Shown here: piece by piece, positions 12,846 to 27,499 of the stretch
Layout of the letters: each line of letters opens with the position of its first letter
Position numbering within the stretch: the stretch's first letter is position 1
Assembly: GCF_009914755.1 (NCBI RefSeq)
Contig: NC_060925.1
DNA from: the human T2T-CHM13v2.0 reference genome, Homo sapiens
Length of the DNA: 64,000 bases
Reading direction: 5' to 3' (one strand)
Position numbers and translations under genes: made by a program
The notes under the pieces: model-generated
The model's input: only the letters and a program-made list of their open reading frames with translations
Databases searched by the model: none
Told to the model about the DNA's origin: nothing

Positions 12846-12888
12846 ATGCCAGTTTGCAGGTTACTTGATGAACATAAAATCATAACAG
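12846..12888 (+). other. Candidate lncRNA micro-exon (43 nt)
   Basis: TTCTAAT branch, cccttctttcag| acceptor, perfect donor CAG|GTAAGT. Confidence 0.4.
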
Positions 12889-13389
12889 GTAAGTGGGTCT
12901 AATTACCTAGATGCTTGGAAGATGCAGAAAATATCTTTCTTCTACATAGTGTCCTAGTTAATGGAATTCTTTTGAGCCCTGTAAGTGCCCTTGCTGAACT
13001 CTGTTTTCTGGACTAACCTTTTCACATTCGTTCTTTCCGTTAAAAATACCATTTAAGCTACAGTCTAGTTGCTGTTTCTGAGGGCCTGGAAGAATTCAGC
13101 CTCATCCCATTAAGTGTAGGTGTGTTTGACCAGCTCTCTGTCCTCTTAGGCCCATCCCTTTATTACAGTCTGTACTTTAAGTTTTAATGTTTATAATTAG
13201 GATCTCGTTTATTCTTTTCTGGTACTCCTGAATAACCACAGTTTTACTAACAATAACGTAAAAATATTTCAGCCACTACATGAGCCCCATTCAAAAAATT
13301 TGTTTCAAGTTAGTTTGTTGGCTGGAACTACAGTGGCACTAATATAACACTTGCTCCAAGATCTATGATCTAATGCTTTAATCACACAG

Positions 13390-14170
13390 GATGCATCTAG
13401 TTACTCAAATCAGAGATTCTAGAATCACCCTGAGTGTTCTCAGGTAATTGCTCTGTCTTGTCAATTTTGTCTCTTGCTTATCTCTTGAATCATTCCAGTA
13501 TTCTCCATGCCCACTGCTCAAGCTTTAATTCTGGCCTGTGTCCTTTTTCACCTACACTATAGAGTAGCCTGCTAACTAGTCTCCCTATCTCAAGTATTGC
13601 CCTAGACCATCTTTACACTGCAATTGTGTTTTCTCTAAAAAGATTTATCATATAATCTTAAACTTTTTAATCCTTTTATGATATCTTATATAAAAGTTCA
13701 AATTCCTTAGAATAATATACAGACCCTTACTATTTAGATTTTGCCTATCTTTCCAGTCCTTTCTCCATTCTCCTATTGTATACCTTTTACTCCTGCCATG
13801 CTGAACTCACTTCCAGAAGTAGGGTTTTTCTTGCCATCACCATTTTGCACATGCTGTTTCACTCTCTAGAGAACTCCCATGACCATCTTCCAGGTAGATT
13901 TCTATTTATTTTCAAGAGTCATCTTAGACATTCCTTGCTCCAGGAAATCTTTCTTATGCTCCCAGACATAATGTGATGTCTTTTTTGTTTCCATTCCTAT
14001 GTCTAATAACACATGCTGTCTTAGAGTAATTAATTATTTGTGGATTCACCAATGGACTTTGTACTTCTGAGAGATAGAGACAATGTCTCTTCCTTTTTGT
14101 GACTGTCACAGTACTAGAACATAGTGATAATATTTCTTTTGAATGAAGTAGAGTAGGCACTTGACATTCT
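13390..14170 (+). mobile_element. L2 fragment
   Basis: ctaactagtctccct, ataaaagttcaaattccttag, gcacatgctgtttcactct. Confidence 0.65.
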
Positions 14171-14383
14171 GGATTTAATTTCCTAGCTTGCAAGCAACCT
14201 TGAAGATTCATCACTTGTACTAATTTGTATTATAATTTGCAGAGGCATAACTTTGACGCAAGTGCCCTATGGGGTTGGTATGTAGGAATGAGTCACTAAC
14301 CTTGTGAGAATTCTAGCCAGCTACTTGATGCTGCCCTTTCAGAGTGGCTTTGCTTTTTTCATTATGGAAATTGTCAAGGTTCT

Positions 14384-16771
14384 TTTATTAGTTTTCATAC
14401 TGCTATAAAAACATACCTGAGACTGGCTAATTTATTAAGAACAGAGGTTTAATTGGCTCATGGTTCTGCAGGCTGTACAGGCTTTTGCTTCTGGGGAGGC
14501 CTCAGGAAACTTAAAATCATGGTGGAAGGCAAAAAGGAAGCAGGCATGGCCTTCAGGTGGCCAGAACAGGTGAGGGGAGTGGGGAGGTGCCACACACTTT
14601 TAAACAACCAGATCTTGTGAGAACTCTATTATGCAACAGCACTAGGGGAATGGTGCTAAACCATTAGAAACCACCCCCCATGATTCAGTCACCTCCCACC
14701 AGACCCCACCTCCAATAATGGGGATCACAACGCAACATGAGATTTCAGTAGGGGCACAGAGCCAAGTCGTATCATTCTACCCTGGCTCTTCCCAAAACTC
14801 ATGTCCTTCTCACATTTCAAAACAATCTGGCTTCCCAATAGTCCCCCAAAGTCTTAACTCATTCCAGCATTAACTGAAAAGTCCAAGTTCAAAGTCTCAT
14901 CCAAGACAAAGCAAGTCCCTTCCACCTATGAGCCTGTAAGATCAAAAACAACTTAGTTACTTCCAAGATACAATGGGGGTACAATTCTCTCATTCCAAAA
15001 CAGAGAAATTGACCAAAATGAGGGGCTACAGGCCCCATGCAAGTCCAAAACCCTTCAGGGCAGTCATTAAATCTTAAAGCTCCAAAATAGCATTTGATTC
15101 CATGTCTCAAATCCAGGCCACACTGATGCAAGGAATGGGCTCCCAAGGGATTGGGCAGCTGTGCCCCTGTGGCCCTGCAGGTTACAGCCCTCACAGCTGC
15201 TTTCACAGGCTGGTGTTGAGTGCCTGAGGCTTTTGCAGGCACCCAGTGCAAGCTGTCAGTGGATCTACCATCCTGGGGTCTGGAGGACCCTCTTCTCACA
15301 GCTCCACTAGGCAGTGCCCCAGTGGCAACTCTGTTTGGGGGCTCCAACCCCACATATCCACTCTGCAGTACACTAGTAAAGGTTCTCCATAGGGCTGTGC
15401 CCCTACAGCCGACTTCTACCTGGACTTTCGGATGTTTACGTACATCCTCTGAAATCTAGGTGGAGGCTCCTAAGCCTCAACTCTTGCCCTCTGCACACCT
15501 GTTGGCTTAACACCATGTGGAAGCCGCCAAGGCTTGTGGCTTGTACTCTCTGGATCAGTGGCCTTAGACATATCTGGGGCCCTTTTAGCCACAGCTGGAA
15601 CTGAAGCCACTGAGACAGAGGGTGCCATGTCCTGAGGCTGCACAGATCAGTGGGTCCCTAGGCCTGGCCCACGAAACCATTTTTCCCTCCTAGGCCTCCA
15701 GGCCTGTGATGGAAGAGGCTGCTGAGAAGGTCTCTGAAATGGCTTGGAGGCATTTTCCCCATTGTCTTGGTTATTAACATTCAGCTTACCTTATGCAAAT
15801 TTCTGCAGCTGGCTTGAATTCCTCCCCAGAAAATGAATTTTTTTTTCTACCACATGGCCAGGCTGCAAATTTTCTGAACTTTTATGCTCTGCTTCCCTTT
15901 TAAATATAAGTTCCAGTTTCAGGTCATTTCTTTGTTTATGCAAATGAGCATAAGCTTTTAGAAGAAGCCAGGCCACACCTTGAATGCTTTGCTGCTTAGG
16001 AATTTCTTCCACAAGATACCCAAATCATCTCTCTCAAGTTCAAAGTTCCACAGATCCCTAGAGCAGGGGCACAATACCACCAGTCTCTTTGCTAAAGCAT
16101 ATCAAGAGTGACCTTTACTCCAGTCCTCAATAAGTTCCTCATCTCTGTCTGAGACTACCTCAGCCTGGACTTCACTGTCCATATCACTATAAGCATCTTG
16201 GTCAGAACCATTCAACAAGTCTCTAGGAAGTTCCAAACTTTCCCTCATCTTCCTATCTTCTTCTGAGCCCTCCAAACTGTTCCAGCCTCTGCCTGTTACA
16301 CAGCTTCAAAGTTACTTCCACATTTTCAGCTATCTTTATAGCAGTGCCCCACTCCTGGTACTAATTCTCTGTATTAGCCCATTCTCACATTGCTATGAAG
16401 ACATACCAGAACCTGCATAATTTATTAAGAGAAGAGTTTTAATCAGCTCACAGTTCTGCAGACTGTACAGGCTTCTGCTTCTGGGGAGGCCTCAGGAAGC
16501 ACACAGTCATGGCATAAGGCAAAGGGGAAGCCGTCACATTCTTCACATGGCCAGAGCAGGAGAGAGGGGGTAGAAGGGGGATGTGCTATACACTTTTAAA
16601 AAACACCAGATCTTGTGAGAACTCTATCACAAGACAGCACTAGAGGAATGGTGCTAAAGCATTAGAAACCACCCCCATGATCCAATTATCTCCTACCAGG
16701 CCCCACCTCCAATACTGGGGATCACAATTCAACATGAGATTTGGGTAGGGACAGAGAGCCAAACCATATCA
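14384..16771 (-). mobile_element. Full-length ERVL-MaLR provirus (MSTA-type): LTR 14384-14774, internal 14775-16369, LTR 16370-16771
   Basis: Two homologous LTRs (gcttctggggaggcctcagg; ends tatca), typical MaLR internal sequence, 5-bp TSD gttct/gttgt. Confidence 0.93.
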
Positions 16772-17704
16772 GTTGTATTGTAAAATTTTAGTTACAGGAT
16801 GAATTTATTCCATTTTCATGGACTTTTTATGAAACTTTTCGTAACCTGCATATTCATTTCAATAGTTAAAAGGAAACACAGCATGGAACTCTTTCTTACT
16901 CTTTGGTTTATTTATGCATGATATTCCTCTGTAGAGAATGTATATAAATTGTTACTTGGTTTGTATCATTTTCAAAGATTAGCAGGCTCAATAGTATTTC
17001 CGTTGTCAGTGAATTTCATCTTCCAGTTTTAATTTAAGTGTTCTCTTTCTAACACCCTTCCCACCATTGTTTTGTTTTATTTTCACTCAGAATACAGTAT
17101 TCCTCATCTTGCCAAACACAGTTCCCTCTACCCCTTTTCTGAATTTCTTCTCCCACTTTCACAGAGACCTGTTATCCTCTTCCATAATTTCAGCTACTCC
17201 TTCCCCACTGACTTTTACCCTTCAGCATATTAGAATACTCCCATCTTAAAAATAATCAAAACAACTGCCCTCTAATCATTGCCCATTTCTAACTATTTCT
17301 CAATACTTTTCCTTTTCATCACAAGTGTTTTGAAGAAATGTTCAGAGATCATCTCAAATTCTTCATCATCTCTGCTGTTTTCTTAATTCATTTTATCTGA
17401 CTTCTACCCCTACTACAGTGAAACTGTTTTTGCCATGAACTCTAATGATCTACATATTATTAAAATAGTGACAGTCTGCTACTGGATCTCTGCATGTTTT
17501 GATTCTGCTGACCAATCCTTCCATGGTTTGTCTGACACCATTTTCTCTTGAATTTCTTTCTATCTGTTCTAAGTTAGTCTACTCCTCAACTACTGGTATT
17601 CTCAGCATTCCATTCTAGATCTTATTCTTCCCTCACTCTACAAAATTTCTACTTGGTGATCTTATTTACTCCCATGGCTCCAAAATCACTTCTAAAATTA
17701 TTAC

Positions 17705-17921
17705 TTTTTTCTTTGTCTCTCTTTCTCTCCCTCTTTCTTTCTCTCCTTCCTTCCTTCCTCCCTCCCTCCCTTTCTTCCTTCCGTTCTCTTTCTTTCTTTC
17801 CCTCCCTCCCTCCCTCTCTCTCTCTCTCTTTCTCCTTCCTTCTTTCATTCCTTTCCCTCCCTCCCTTCCTCCCTCCCTCCCTTCCTCCCTTCTTCCCTCC
17901 CTCCCTTCCTTCCTTCCTTCC
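17705..17921. repeat. Polypyrimidine (CCTT/CCCT/CT)n low-complexity tract, expanded Alu tail
   Basis: About 215 bp almost pure C/T abutting the poly-T of the AluJ. Confidence 0.95.
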
Positions 17922-18206
17922 TTTTTTTCTGAGACAGAGTCTCACTTTGTTACCTGGGCCAGAATGCAGTAGTATGATCAGCTCACTGCAGCCTCAAACT
18001 CATGAGCCAAAGTGATTCTCCTGCCTCCCCAGTAGCTGGGACTGCAGGTTCATGCCACCATACTAGGCTACCTTTTATTTTTTTGGCAGAGATGGGTTCT
18101 CACTATGTTACCCAGGCTGGTCTCAAACTCCTGGCCTCAAGTGATTTCCCTGCCTCAGTCTCTCAATATGCTGGGATTACAGGCGTGAGCCACGTAATGC
18201 CCAGCT
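17922..18206 (-). mobile_element. AluJ
   Basis: gagacagagtctcact...cactatgttacccaggctggtctcaaactcctggcctcaagtgat. Confidence 0.92.
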
Positions 18207-19194
18207 AAAGTTATGAGTTTCATATGTTTTTTTACTTGGGATTTCTTTCCTGAGCTGCCATCCCATATATTCAACTGCATTTTCCACAGCACCTCAATAC
18301 TGTGTGTGCAAAACTCAACTCCCCTTTCCCCACTGTATATGCTTTTCTTTCTGATTTCCCTTTTCCTCTTCCTATTGTAATTCCAAGACCTTATTTCTTT
18401 CCTCCAGAATTGCTTCATCACTTCCTAAGACTGATTCCGGTCTCATCTGACATTTAATCTTCATCTTCATCACTGCTCCCAAAATGATTTCTTTTTCTGA
18501 AACACATCTTTATTTTATTCCTCTGCTTGAAACATTTCAGTGCTTCCCATTACATTCAAGATAAAATGTATTTAAGTATATGTACACAGTGTATTTAAGT
18601 CAATTTATGATCTGGCCCCAGTGTTTCTGTGAAACCACAACTTTTGCCTCTCCTGTGTGCTAGTCAACTTTATATCAGGTCTCAGGGAACACTCTACTGT
18701 CTACCTTCCATGCTACCCACTTTCCCCCCTCTGACCTTTTCCTCCTGTGCAGTTCTCATTCTTGAAGCCTGATGTCACTACTTCCAAGCCTCTGCTTTTC
18801 TTCCCCATCCACTCATCTGACATTGCTATTCATCCTATTTCGTATTTCTTTTATAGCACTGACTAATTCAACTATAATGGTTTCTCTGAGTGTTTCCTAA
18901 ACTATAAGCTTTCTGACAGCAGGAATTATGTGCTTTATCTTTGTATCCTGACAAGTAGAATGTAACTGTGGAACATATTTAATAAAAGTTTGTTCGATGA
19001 ATAATGTCTGTATTTAATTTACTTCAAAAATAATCAATAGTACCTGCAATTACAGTGGTTTCTTTTTCATTGTATAATGCAAAATAGGTTCACCCTTTTA
19101 AAATGGCCCCAACTCCTATATGAACTTAGAGATATGAGAAAGTACCTCAGGGTAAATGTAACTACAAGTGATAATAATATGATAAAGCCTTTGC

Positions 19195-19917
19195 AATACA
19201 ATTCTGACCTGAATTACCCAGAGGTAAGCTAAACTTCACAGGTGAAGGGCATAGTTCTCCACAAGACTGCCCTCATTTCAGACACCAGCCACAAGCTTGG
19301 GGGCTTCCAGGGCTACTCTCACTTCTGATCAGCTGTTTACAAATACATGAGGATAGCTACAAACCCTTCAGTTTCAATCATTAACAAGAATTATTAGACT
19401 TACAGAATACAGGAAAGCACTATAATTATGATAAAACTTTTATTATATCAAAAAGAGTACATATCAGAACCAGCCAAAAGAAGAAACACTTATGAGGTCT
19501 GGGATGGCCCAAATATGAGGGTTCCATGTCCTCTCTCCATGGAGTTAAAATTCATCATCTTCTGGTAGATTGTTGTGTGACAATTGCTAACCAGGGGAGC
19601 TTACCTGAACCTTGGTGTTTGGAGTTTTTATTGGGGTTTTATTATGTAAGTATGATTGACTGACTCATAACCATGCAGTGGAACTCAACCTCCATACTTC
19701 TTCCCTCCCTGCAGGTCAGGCTGGTATCACATGGCTGAAAGTACCAACCTTCTAATTACATGGTTGCCCTTTCTGGAATGTCCAGCCCCCATCTTGAGTC
19801 ATCACATTAGGTTAAACTATCATTAGCCCACCATAAATAATGAAGACACTCTGATCATGGAGAAATTTCAAGAACTTACAGTCTCTCTCCTGGGGACCAG
19901 GGACAAAGGCCAGCTAC
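19195..19917. mobile_element. MER21-family LTR (ERVL)
   Basis: caattctgac...ctccacaagactgccctcatttcagacaccagccacaag...ggggaccagggacaaaggccag. Confidence 0.8.
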
Positions 19918-19921
19918 ATGC

Positions 19922-20196
19922 TTTTTTTTGTTTTGTTTTGTTTTTTTGAGATGGAGTCTAGCTCTGCCACCCAGGCTAGAGTGAAGTGGCACAATCTCTG
20001 CTCACTGCAACCTCTGCCTTCTGGGTTGAAGCGATTCTCCTGCCTCAGCCTCCTGAGGAGCTGGGATTACAGGAATATGCCTGTATTTTTGTACTTTTAG
20101 TAGAGACGGAGTTTCACCATGTTGGCCAGGCTTGTCTCAAACTCTTGACCTCAAGTGATCCGCCCACCTCAGCCTCCCAAAGTGCTGGGATTACAG
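19922..20196 (-). mobile_element. AluS (5'-truncated, internal deletion)
   Basis: gttggccaggc...tgacctcaagtgatccgccc; stops at gattacag. Confidence 0.92.
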
Positions 20197-21379
20197 TACC
20201 TTCTTTACAATAACAGCCTTGATCACCTAAAATAAAAAACATATCTGACCATCAAAACTAAAATTGCAAAACCTAAATTATATTGGTAGTCCAGAATTCT
20301 TGTTCATTTATCTGTTTTAATCATATGATCATTAAGAAAAGTCCAAAGAATTTGGAATTCATGTACAGATTAGAAGTCTGAATGGCACTATAAAATTGAG
20401 TTGACAGCATTAATTTCCATTTGGAAAAGTCTGCTAGAGGTTATTCATACAGGAAGAATTTATCAGAATTTGCAACTATCTCTAAAGTAGATTACACATA
20501 TTTTATTTGGTGAATGTTTCAGAAATTGTGTTAGTGTGGACAGTTAAGAAAATAAAACTGAATGATCCTTATAAAGCTGATGGTCTGTGAAATTCTGCCT
20601 ACATCAAACAGATTCAATAGAGTAATCTTTATCCATTAAGTGTTATTTCCTATTATTTGATATTACTGATTTAATAAATTTAAAATCTATTATTTATAAT
20701 AGACAAGTATGTCTAGGTTTCATTTACAATTAAACTAATTAAATCTTGATTAAAGTTTCTGCTTGCATTATAGGTATCCTAAGTAGCCCAGTTAAACTCA
20801 TTGTACCAATAGTGACACTTTCTTATTAAGAAAGCCCGAGTGTAAAGTATAATTCCTGGGAAGGAATTGAAAAGTCTCTCTAAGACATTAACCTCCAAAA
20901 CTTTGAAAAATTATGTAAGGTAAGAAAAGAGGGTGGACAAACACAGTGATTTAAGTAATGTGAGTAAAAATCACTTGTGATTGGAGGGTCACTGTTTCTA
21001 GCAGGATGGCAAAATACCCTGTATAATTCTGCTACTGAAAATGGCCACAGATGCTGGAAGAAATATGTAACTGAGCTGAGAAGAAATTTAAGAAATTCAC
21101 AGGTCAAAAGCAAAATGAATACAGAAACCCAGAGAGATAAGGTAGGACTCAAGCTGCCTTTTCCAGGGATTTGTGCAAAATCCTCTTTCTTTACCCTGAG
21201 CTCAATTTGCACATTGAGGGAGGTGACAAAGTCTAAAGCCTACCGAAGAATCTAATGATACCTCTGTTGTAAAGAGATCTGTACCCAAATGGCTTTACCA
21301 GCACGTTTGGGGTGAACTAGAAATAAACCTGTCTCACAAAAGGGGACAACAAGAAACACTGACAGAAACAACTTTCTCT

Positions 21380-21977
<598 letters not shown>

Positions 21978-23180
21978 TTTAGGATTTATAATGGTTAGAA
22001 ATAGTTTGAGTTTTCTTCAGATTTAGTTCGACTCTCTAACCCATGTGATAATTCTACATAATCCTTTGTTTAAGTAATAGATTCAAAATAAACAATAGCA
22101 CAGTTATTGTAAAGGCAAAGAAATAGAAATTAAATTACTTTAATTCTGCTATTCTTTGTGACCACTTTGAATCTTTGTGTTTAAAACTTTAAAACAATGA
22201 AATAGTGCAAACTTTAAGGTATAATACATGTTTGATCTAAAATTTATTCACAAAATATCTTACTGAATTTTTATTTTAGTAGAAATACATTCTTATTCAT
22301 TAACTATTACTTTTTTAAGCTAAAGAACAAATTTAAAAACAATTTATTACAGAGGGCAAAAAGCACTAACCCTAAAAGAAAAAAATTGATAAATAGGGCT
22401 TCATTAAAATTAAAAGATGCTTACCAAAATATATTGCAAGAAAAAAGTCAAGCCAGAGATTGAGATAAAATATTCAAAATATGTGTATCTGACAAAGGAC
22501 TTACATCCAAATAAATAAATTCGACTGCTTAAAAATACGACAACCCGGTTTTTAAAATGACTTGAATGACACTTCACCAGAGAAGATATATTCATGTATG
22601 TAATCACAGGAAGAAGGTGTGCAGCATCATTAGTTATTAGAAAAATGCAAATTAATATAACAAGGCTAAAATTAATTCTCATACATAACTGGCATAGTGT
22701 AAAATGGTGAAAGGACTTTGGAAACCTGTTTAGCAGTTAATTGTCGTATACTCTGTGGCCTAACTCATTTGACTCCTAGTATTTATTCAGAGAAGTGAAT
22801 ACATGTGCTCACAAAAAGACTTGCACAAGAGCGTTTGTAGCAGTTTTATTCGTAATAGCCTCAAACTGAAAGCAATGGAAATACCAATCAGAAGGAGAAT
22901 GGATTAAAAATATATGTGCGATACAATCATGTGACAGAATACTATAAGCGATTTAAAAATGATCAACTGATACAATCTGAAAGATGACTGAATATCAGAA
23001 AGATTATATTGATCAAAAGAAGCCAGATGCAAGGGAATAAATACTGTTTGATCCTGTTTATGTGAAATTTTATAATGTGAAAGGCAAAACTAACCTATGC
23101 TGATGGAGTAAGTGGTTGCCTACAGGGGTGAGGCTTGATTGGAAAGGTGCTCTAGGGAAATTTCCAGGATGATACCCCCC

Positions 23181-23482
<302 letters not shown>

Positions 23483-23565
23483 TGATAATCTTGATTGGTT
23501 ATTGGTTATATGTGTGTATCCACTTGTCAAAACCTATCCAGTTTTGCACTTAAGATTGCATTTCT

Positions 23566-23915
23566 GCAGCCACAAAAAAGAATGAAATTATGTCCTTTGC
23601 AGCAATGTAGAGCTGGATGCCATAATCCTAAGTAAACTAACTCAGAAACAGAAAAACAAATACTGCATGTTCTTACTTATAAGTGGGAGCTAAACAATGG
23701 ATACACATGGACATAAAGATGGAAGTAATAGACACTGGGGACTCCAAAAGGGGGAGGTTGGAGGGGGACAAGTGTTGAAAAATTACCTATCGGGTACAGT
23801 GTTCACCATTTGAGTAATGGGCATGTTAGAAGCCCAATCTTCACTAGTATGCAATATACCATGTAACAAACAAGCACATGTACCCCCTGAATCTAAAATA
23901 AAATAATAAAATAAA
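23566..23915 (+). mobile_element. L1PB 3' end with A-rich tail
   Basis: cttataagtgggagctaaac...atagacactggggactcc...cacatgtaccccctgaatctaaaataaaa; TSD-like tgcatttc. Confidence 0.88.
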
Positions 23916-25408
23916 TCTGTGCATTTCACTGTGTAAATTTATTAAGCAAAATAAAACAAAAACTTGGTATTCACATAACTTACAATCAAAATATTCCTAG
24001 GACTAATCTAGAGCAAAGATCTTGCTTAGCACTTTAGTTAACTAGTACCTCTGGATACCATTATACATATTGCATTATTTTTTAAAATGGCATGTTATGT
24101 GATAGGGTAAAAAATAATTTCCAAATGGAAAGCTGCTTGTCTAAAAATAAAATCAATAAATCATGTTCTCTTCAATTTACCTTCATCATAAATTAAATGC
24201 CTATAACTGAGTAATAAAAATAAAGGATACAGGAGATCAGCATCAAACTGTCAAGTCAAAATTAGGATCATGAGAGGAGCGTACTATCAATTAGATGTTT
24301 TATGTTCATTATCTCAGTTAACCATAATAATAACTCTGGTAAATAGGTTTAAGCTCCCTTTTACTGTTGAGTCTATTGAGGTTTAGAAAGGTTAAGCAGC
24401 TTGATCACAGACACAAAGCTAGTAAGTGTCTGACACTCAGTTTTTGAACCTAGTTCAACCGATTTCAAAATTTAAGCTCTGTCCAGAGTACCCCATATTT
24501 CAGAGATCAGTGAGAAGGGGATAGAAAAGCAGTTTAGGATTTACAGGCTGAAATACAGTAGGGTCTGAAGGATAGATCATTCCAGTAAGGCCTAAGGGCC
24601 TGGACTACTTGACTGCCCCTTCAGATATCTCTTCCACTGCCAGACCCAGGCCTCCAAGTAATCTCTGCACCTCATCATTTTCCTTTGGGTGCCCTGAAAT
24701 TCAAAAGCTGGCCCATATATCAGTAGTTCAGCTACACTTGTACCGATGTGATCCATCAGTACTGAAAATAGAGATGAGCCAAGGGGAATAGTGAAGGTAA
24801 ATCAGTGCAATACATTCCTCAATAGCGGAGGAATATACTGTGTTTCTATATTATGATAAAGAGTAGTGGAAGAGAAAAGCAGAAAAACAAAGGACAAATG
24901 GGAAGGTAGACTTAAAGACAGTTGAAAGTATACTGAAACAGGTGTATTTTTCTATGAAGTCTAGCTTTTTAAAGAAAACCATGTTCTAATGAAAAGCAGT
25001 GGAAAGAATTATGATATTAAATAGTTGCTGACTCTGAGACCAAATATTGGTATTTGTGCAGATCTTGAAAGAAGTAAAGTGTGGCTTATTGTTATTTTAG
25101 GTAAAGTATTAAGAATTAAATAAATGTTTTGAATGTTTAGACTAATGTGGAATATATGAAATGCGCACCAGCACACTTTGAGGAAATGCTTAGTTCTCAG
25201 AGTGAAGCCTGCCCCAGTTAAAGCATTCTGAATTTATTCCTAACTTGTCTGCCACTCGCCTTAGACATGCTTTTGGAGACTCAAATGTTACCATCTAGTA
25301 GATGAGAGGTTTGGACTATATATGTTCTAATAATAATAACCACTATATTTTATTGATTATCTTCCATATACTAGGAACCACACTAGATGTTTTAAGTTTT
25401 CACAATTG

Positions 25409-25410
<2 letters not shown>

Positions 25411-25452
<42 letters not shown>
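25411..25452. repeat. (GT)21 microsatellite within a minus-strand MIR
   Basis: Perfect GT run, followed by atgaggaaactaaaattcagag. Confidence 0.97.
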
Positions 25453-25454
<2 letters not shown>

Positions 25455-27105
25455 TATTGCCTATCTTATTAATGAGGAAACTAAAATTCAGAGTGTTAAT
25501 TCTGGGATTTGACCCTGACTCTATCTGGTTCCAAAGCTTTTAACCACTGTGTTATTTTGCCTATCTATGGGTCCTTCAACTTTAATATGCTAAGTTTCTA
25601 TTTCCTTGAATCAGATCAATAAATAGATTAAAGTTAGATGTAAATCCTTGAAAGTCAGAGGACTTGATTATTGTCTTACTTTTATCTTTATCTTCAATGC
25701 CAACTACATTTTAGGCCTGGCTGCATTCAAGTGAAAGGAACCAAACAGATTAATCATAATCTTTGTAAGGAGGATTGTATTTTATCATTGCATTTTGGTT
25801 GCCACCACTCATGCGGTCCTCTTTCCACCATGTTTAGCATGGTATTTTGCATGTAATGTACACTCAGCAATTTTTGACTGATTACAAATAGAAAAAGGCT
25901 CAGAAATGATCAGTTCTTTTTGGTAGAAATTAGACTCAGTGCTTTCATCCAAACACAACAGCTGTTTAATGTGGAGGACTGATAACAATAGCTGTAAGTC
26001 TGAGGTTAAGAGTGACCTTTCATAGCCAGGAGAGGCTCAGAAAGGTCACTCTTAACAAAAGAAATATTTTGTAAATTTTAATTTATAGAGCCGATGGACT
26101 TTCTCATGAATGCTAGAAGAAGCCTCTCAGATAATAGTTTTGGCCTTAGGGAGGCCCAAATAATTTGTGTATATATTTTTAGTTAAGAAGAAACATACAT
26201 AAGATTATTCTTACTGAATAGATATTAAGATTATGTGTCAAAAAACTTTCTACCAATTGTGAAAGTTAAGTATTTTAGATGGCATTTTTATTCCAAGTAA
26301 TAGTTCTTCTTGACTGCATTAGAGACAAATGAATATTTACCTTGATAAACAACCAATTTAAGTTCTATTTAATCATGATGAAATAATCCTATGCACCCAT
26401 TTGTCCTAAGTGTACTCTATATGAAGTGTGTTTGTTTTTAATCAGCCAGACTTTAAGTATGACCACTTAACAAAACTGGGTATGTCACAGATAGTTGCAA
26501 TCTTTCCTGATACCAGAAAAGAATATAGATGACAGCTAACTTTTTAAAGTAATATTATTTGATAATGAATATATTTCCATGTCTTTATACAAAAAAATTA
26601 AAAAAAATTTCTAGGGATTCTCTAATATATCTTAAAGTATTACTAATAATGTCTAATTTGTCATCTGTGACATGAAACTAATTTCCATAATGCTTGGCAT
26701 CTGAACAGCCGTGACTGCACCTGTTGCTGGGTTATCCCCTCAGGGAGTGGTTTTAGCCCTGGGGGAAGACCCAAATAATTTGGTGGTAGAAGGAAGGGAA
26801 AATGGTTTTTAGAACATTTCAATTATTGTTTCTACAAATGTATTGCAATAATGTCCTTACTCCCTCAACTCCCTTTCATTTATCAGCTCATTGCTATCCT
26901 GCTTCCTTCTCTAAACTATACTGAAGCAGATCATGCTAGGTCACAATTAACTAAGTGTCAAATTCCACGAAGAAATTTAGGCTCTTAACTTATGTGACCT
27001 CTTAATAGGGCTTGACACGGTTGATCATCTTGATGATCTCTGCCTTTTGGCTTCTCTGATCCCTTTCTTCAAGTTCTCTGCCCCTCTGACTACTACTTGT
27101 CAGTA

Positions 27106-27448
27106 CAGACAGTCCCTGACTTACAACAGTTCAGCTTATGATTTTTAACTTTATGATGGTGAGTGATACATGTTTAGAAAAGGTGTGCTTTGAGTATCCC
27201 TTCTTTTCACTTTCAGTACAGTATTCAGTAAATTACATGAGCTATTCAACACATAAAATAAACTTTGTGTTAGATGATTTTGCTCAACTGACAGCTCATT
27301 TAAGTGTTCTGAGCACATTTAAGGTAGGGTAGGCTAAGCTATGATGTTCAGTAGGTTAGGTGTATTAAATACATTTTCAACTCAAGACAATTTCAATTTA
27401 TGATGGGTTTATTGGGACAGAATCCCATCATAAATTGAGGAGCATCTG
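27106..27448 (-). mobile_element. MER47A (TcMar-Tigger) with TA TSDs
   Basis: TA|cagacagtccctgactta...aaattgaggagcatctg|TA; internal aggctaagctatgatgttcagtaggttaggtgtattaaat. Confidence 0.88.
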
Positions 27449-27499
27449 TATTTCTATACCTTTGTTTTCCTGTTAATTGTTAGATTTGTTCTTTACTCC

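Larger units (their letters stand above)
17240..19003 (+). mobile_element. Long degenerate L2, interrupted by AluJ and CT-rich repeat
   Basis: tctgacttctacccc, tgatcttatttactcccatggct, ctataagctttctgacagcagg, aataaaagtttgttcgatgaat. Confidence 0.65.

Noticed and set aside
14889-16012. ORFs of 154, 79 and 73 aa
   Set aside because: Fragments of the MaLR internal region, not host genes
17649-18015. ORFs rich in R/E/G/K or L/S/P/F
   Set aside because: Translations of the CT low-complexity tract and Alu
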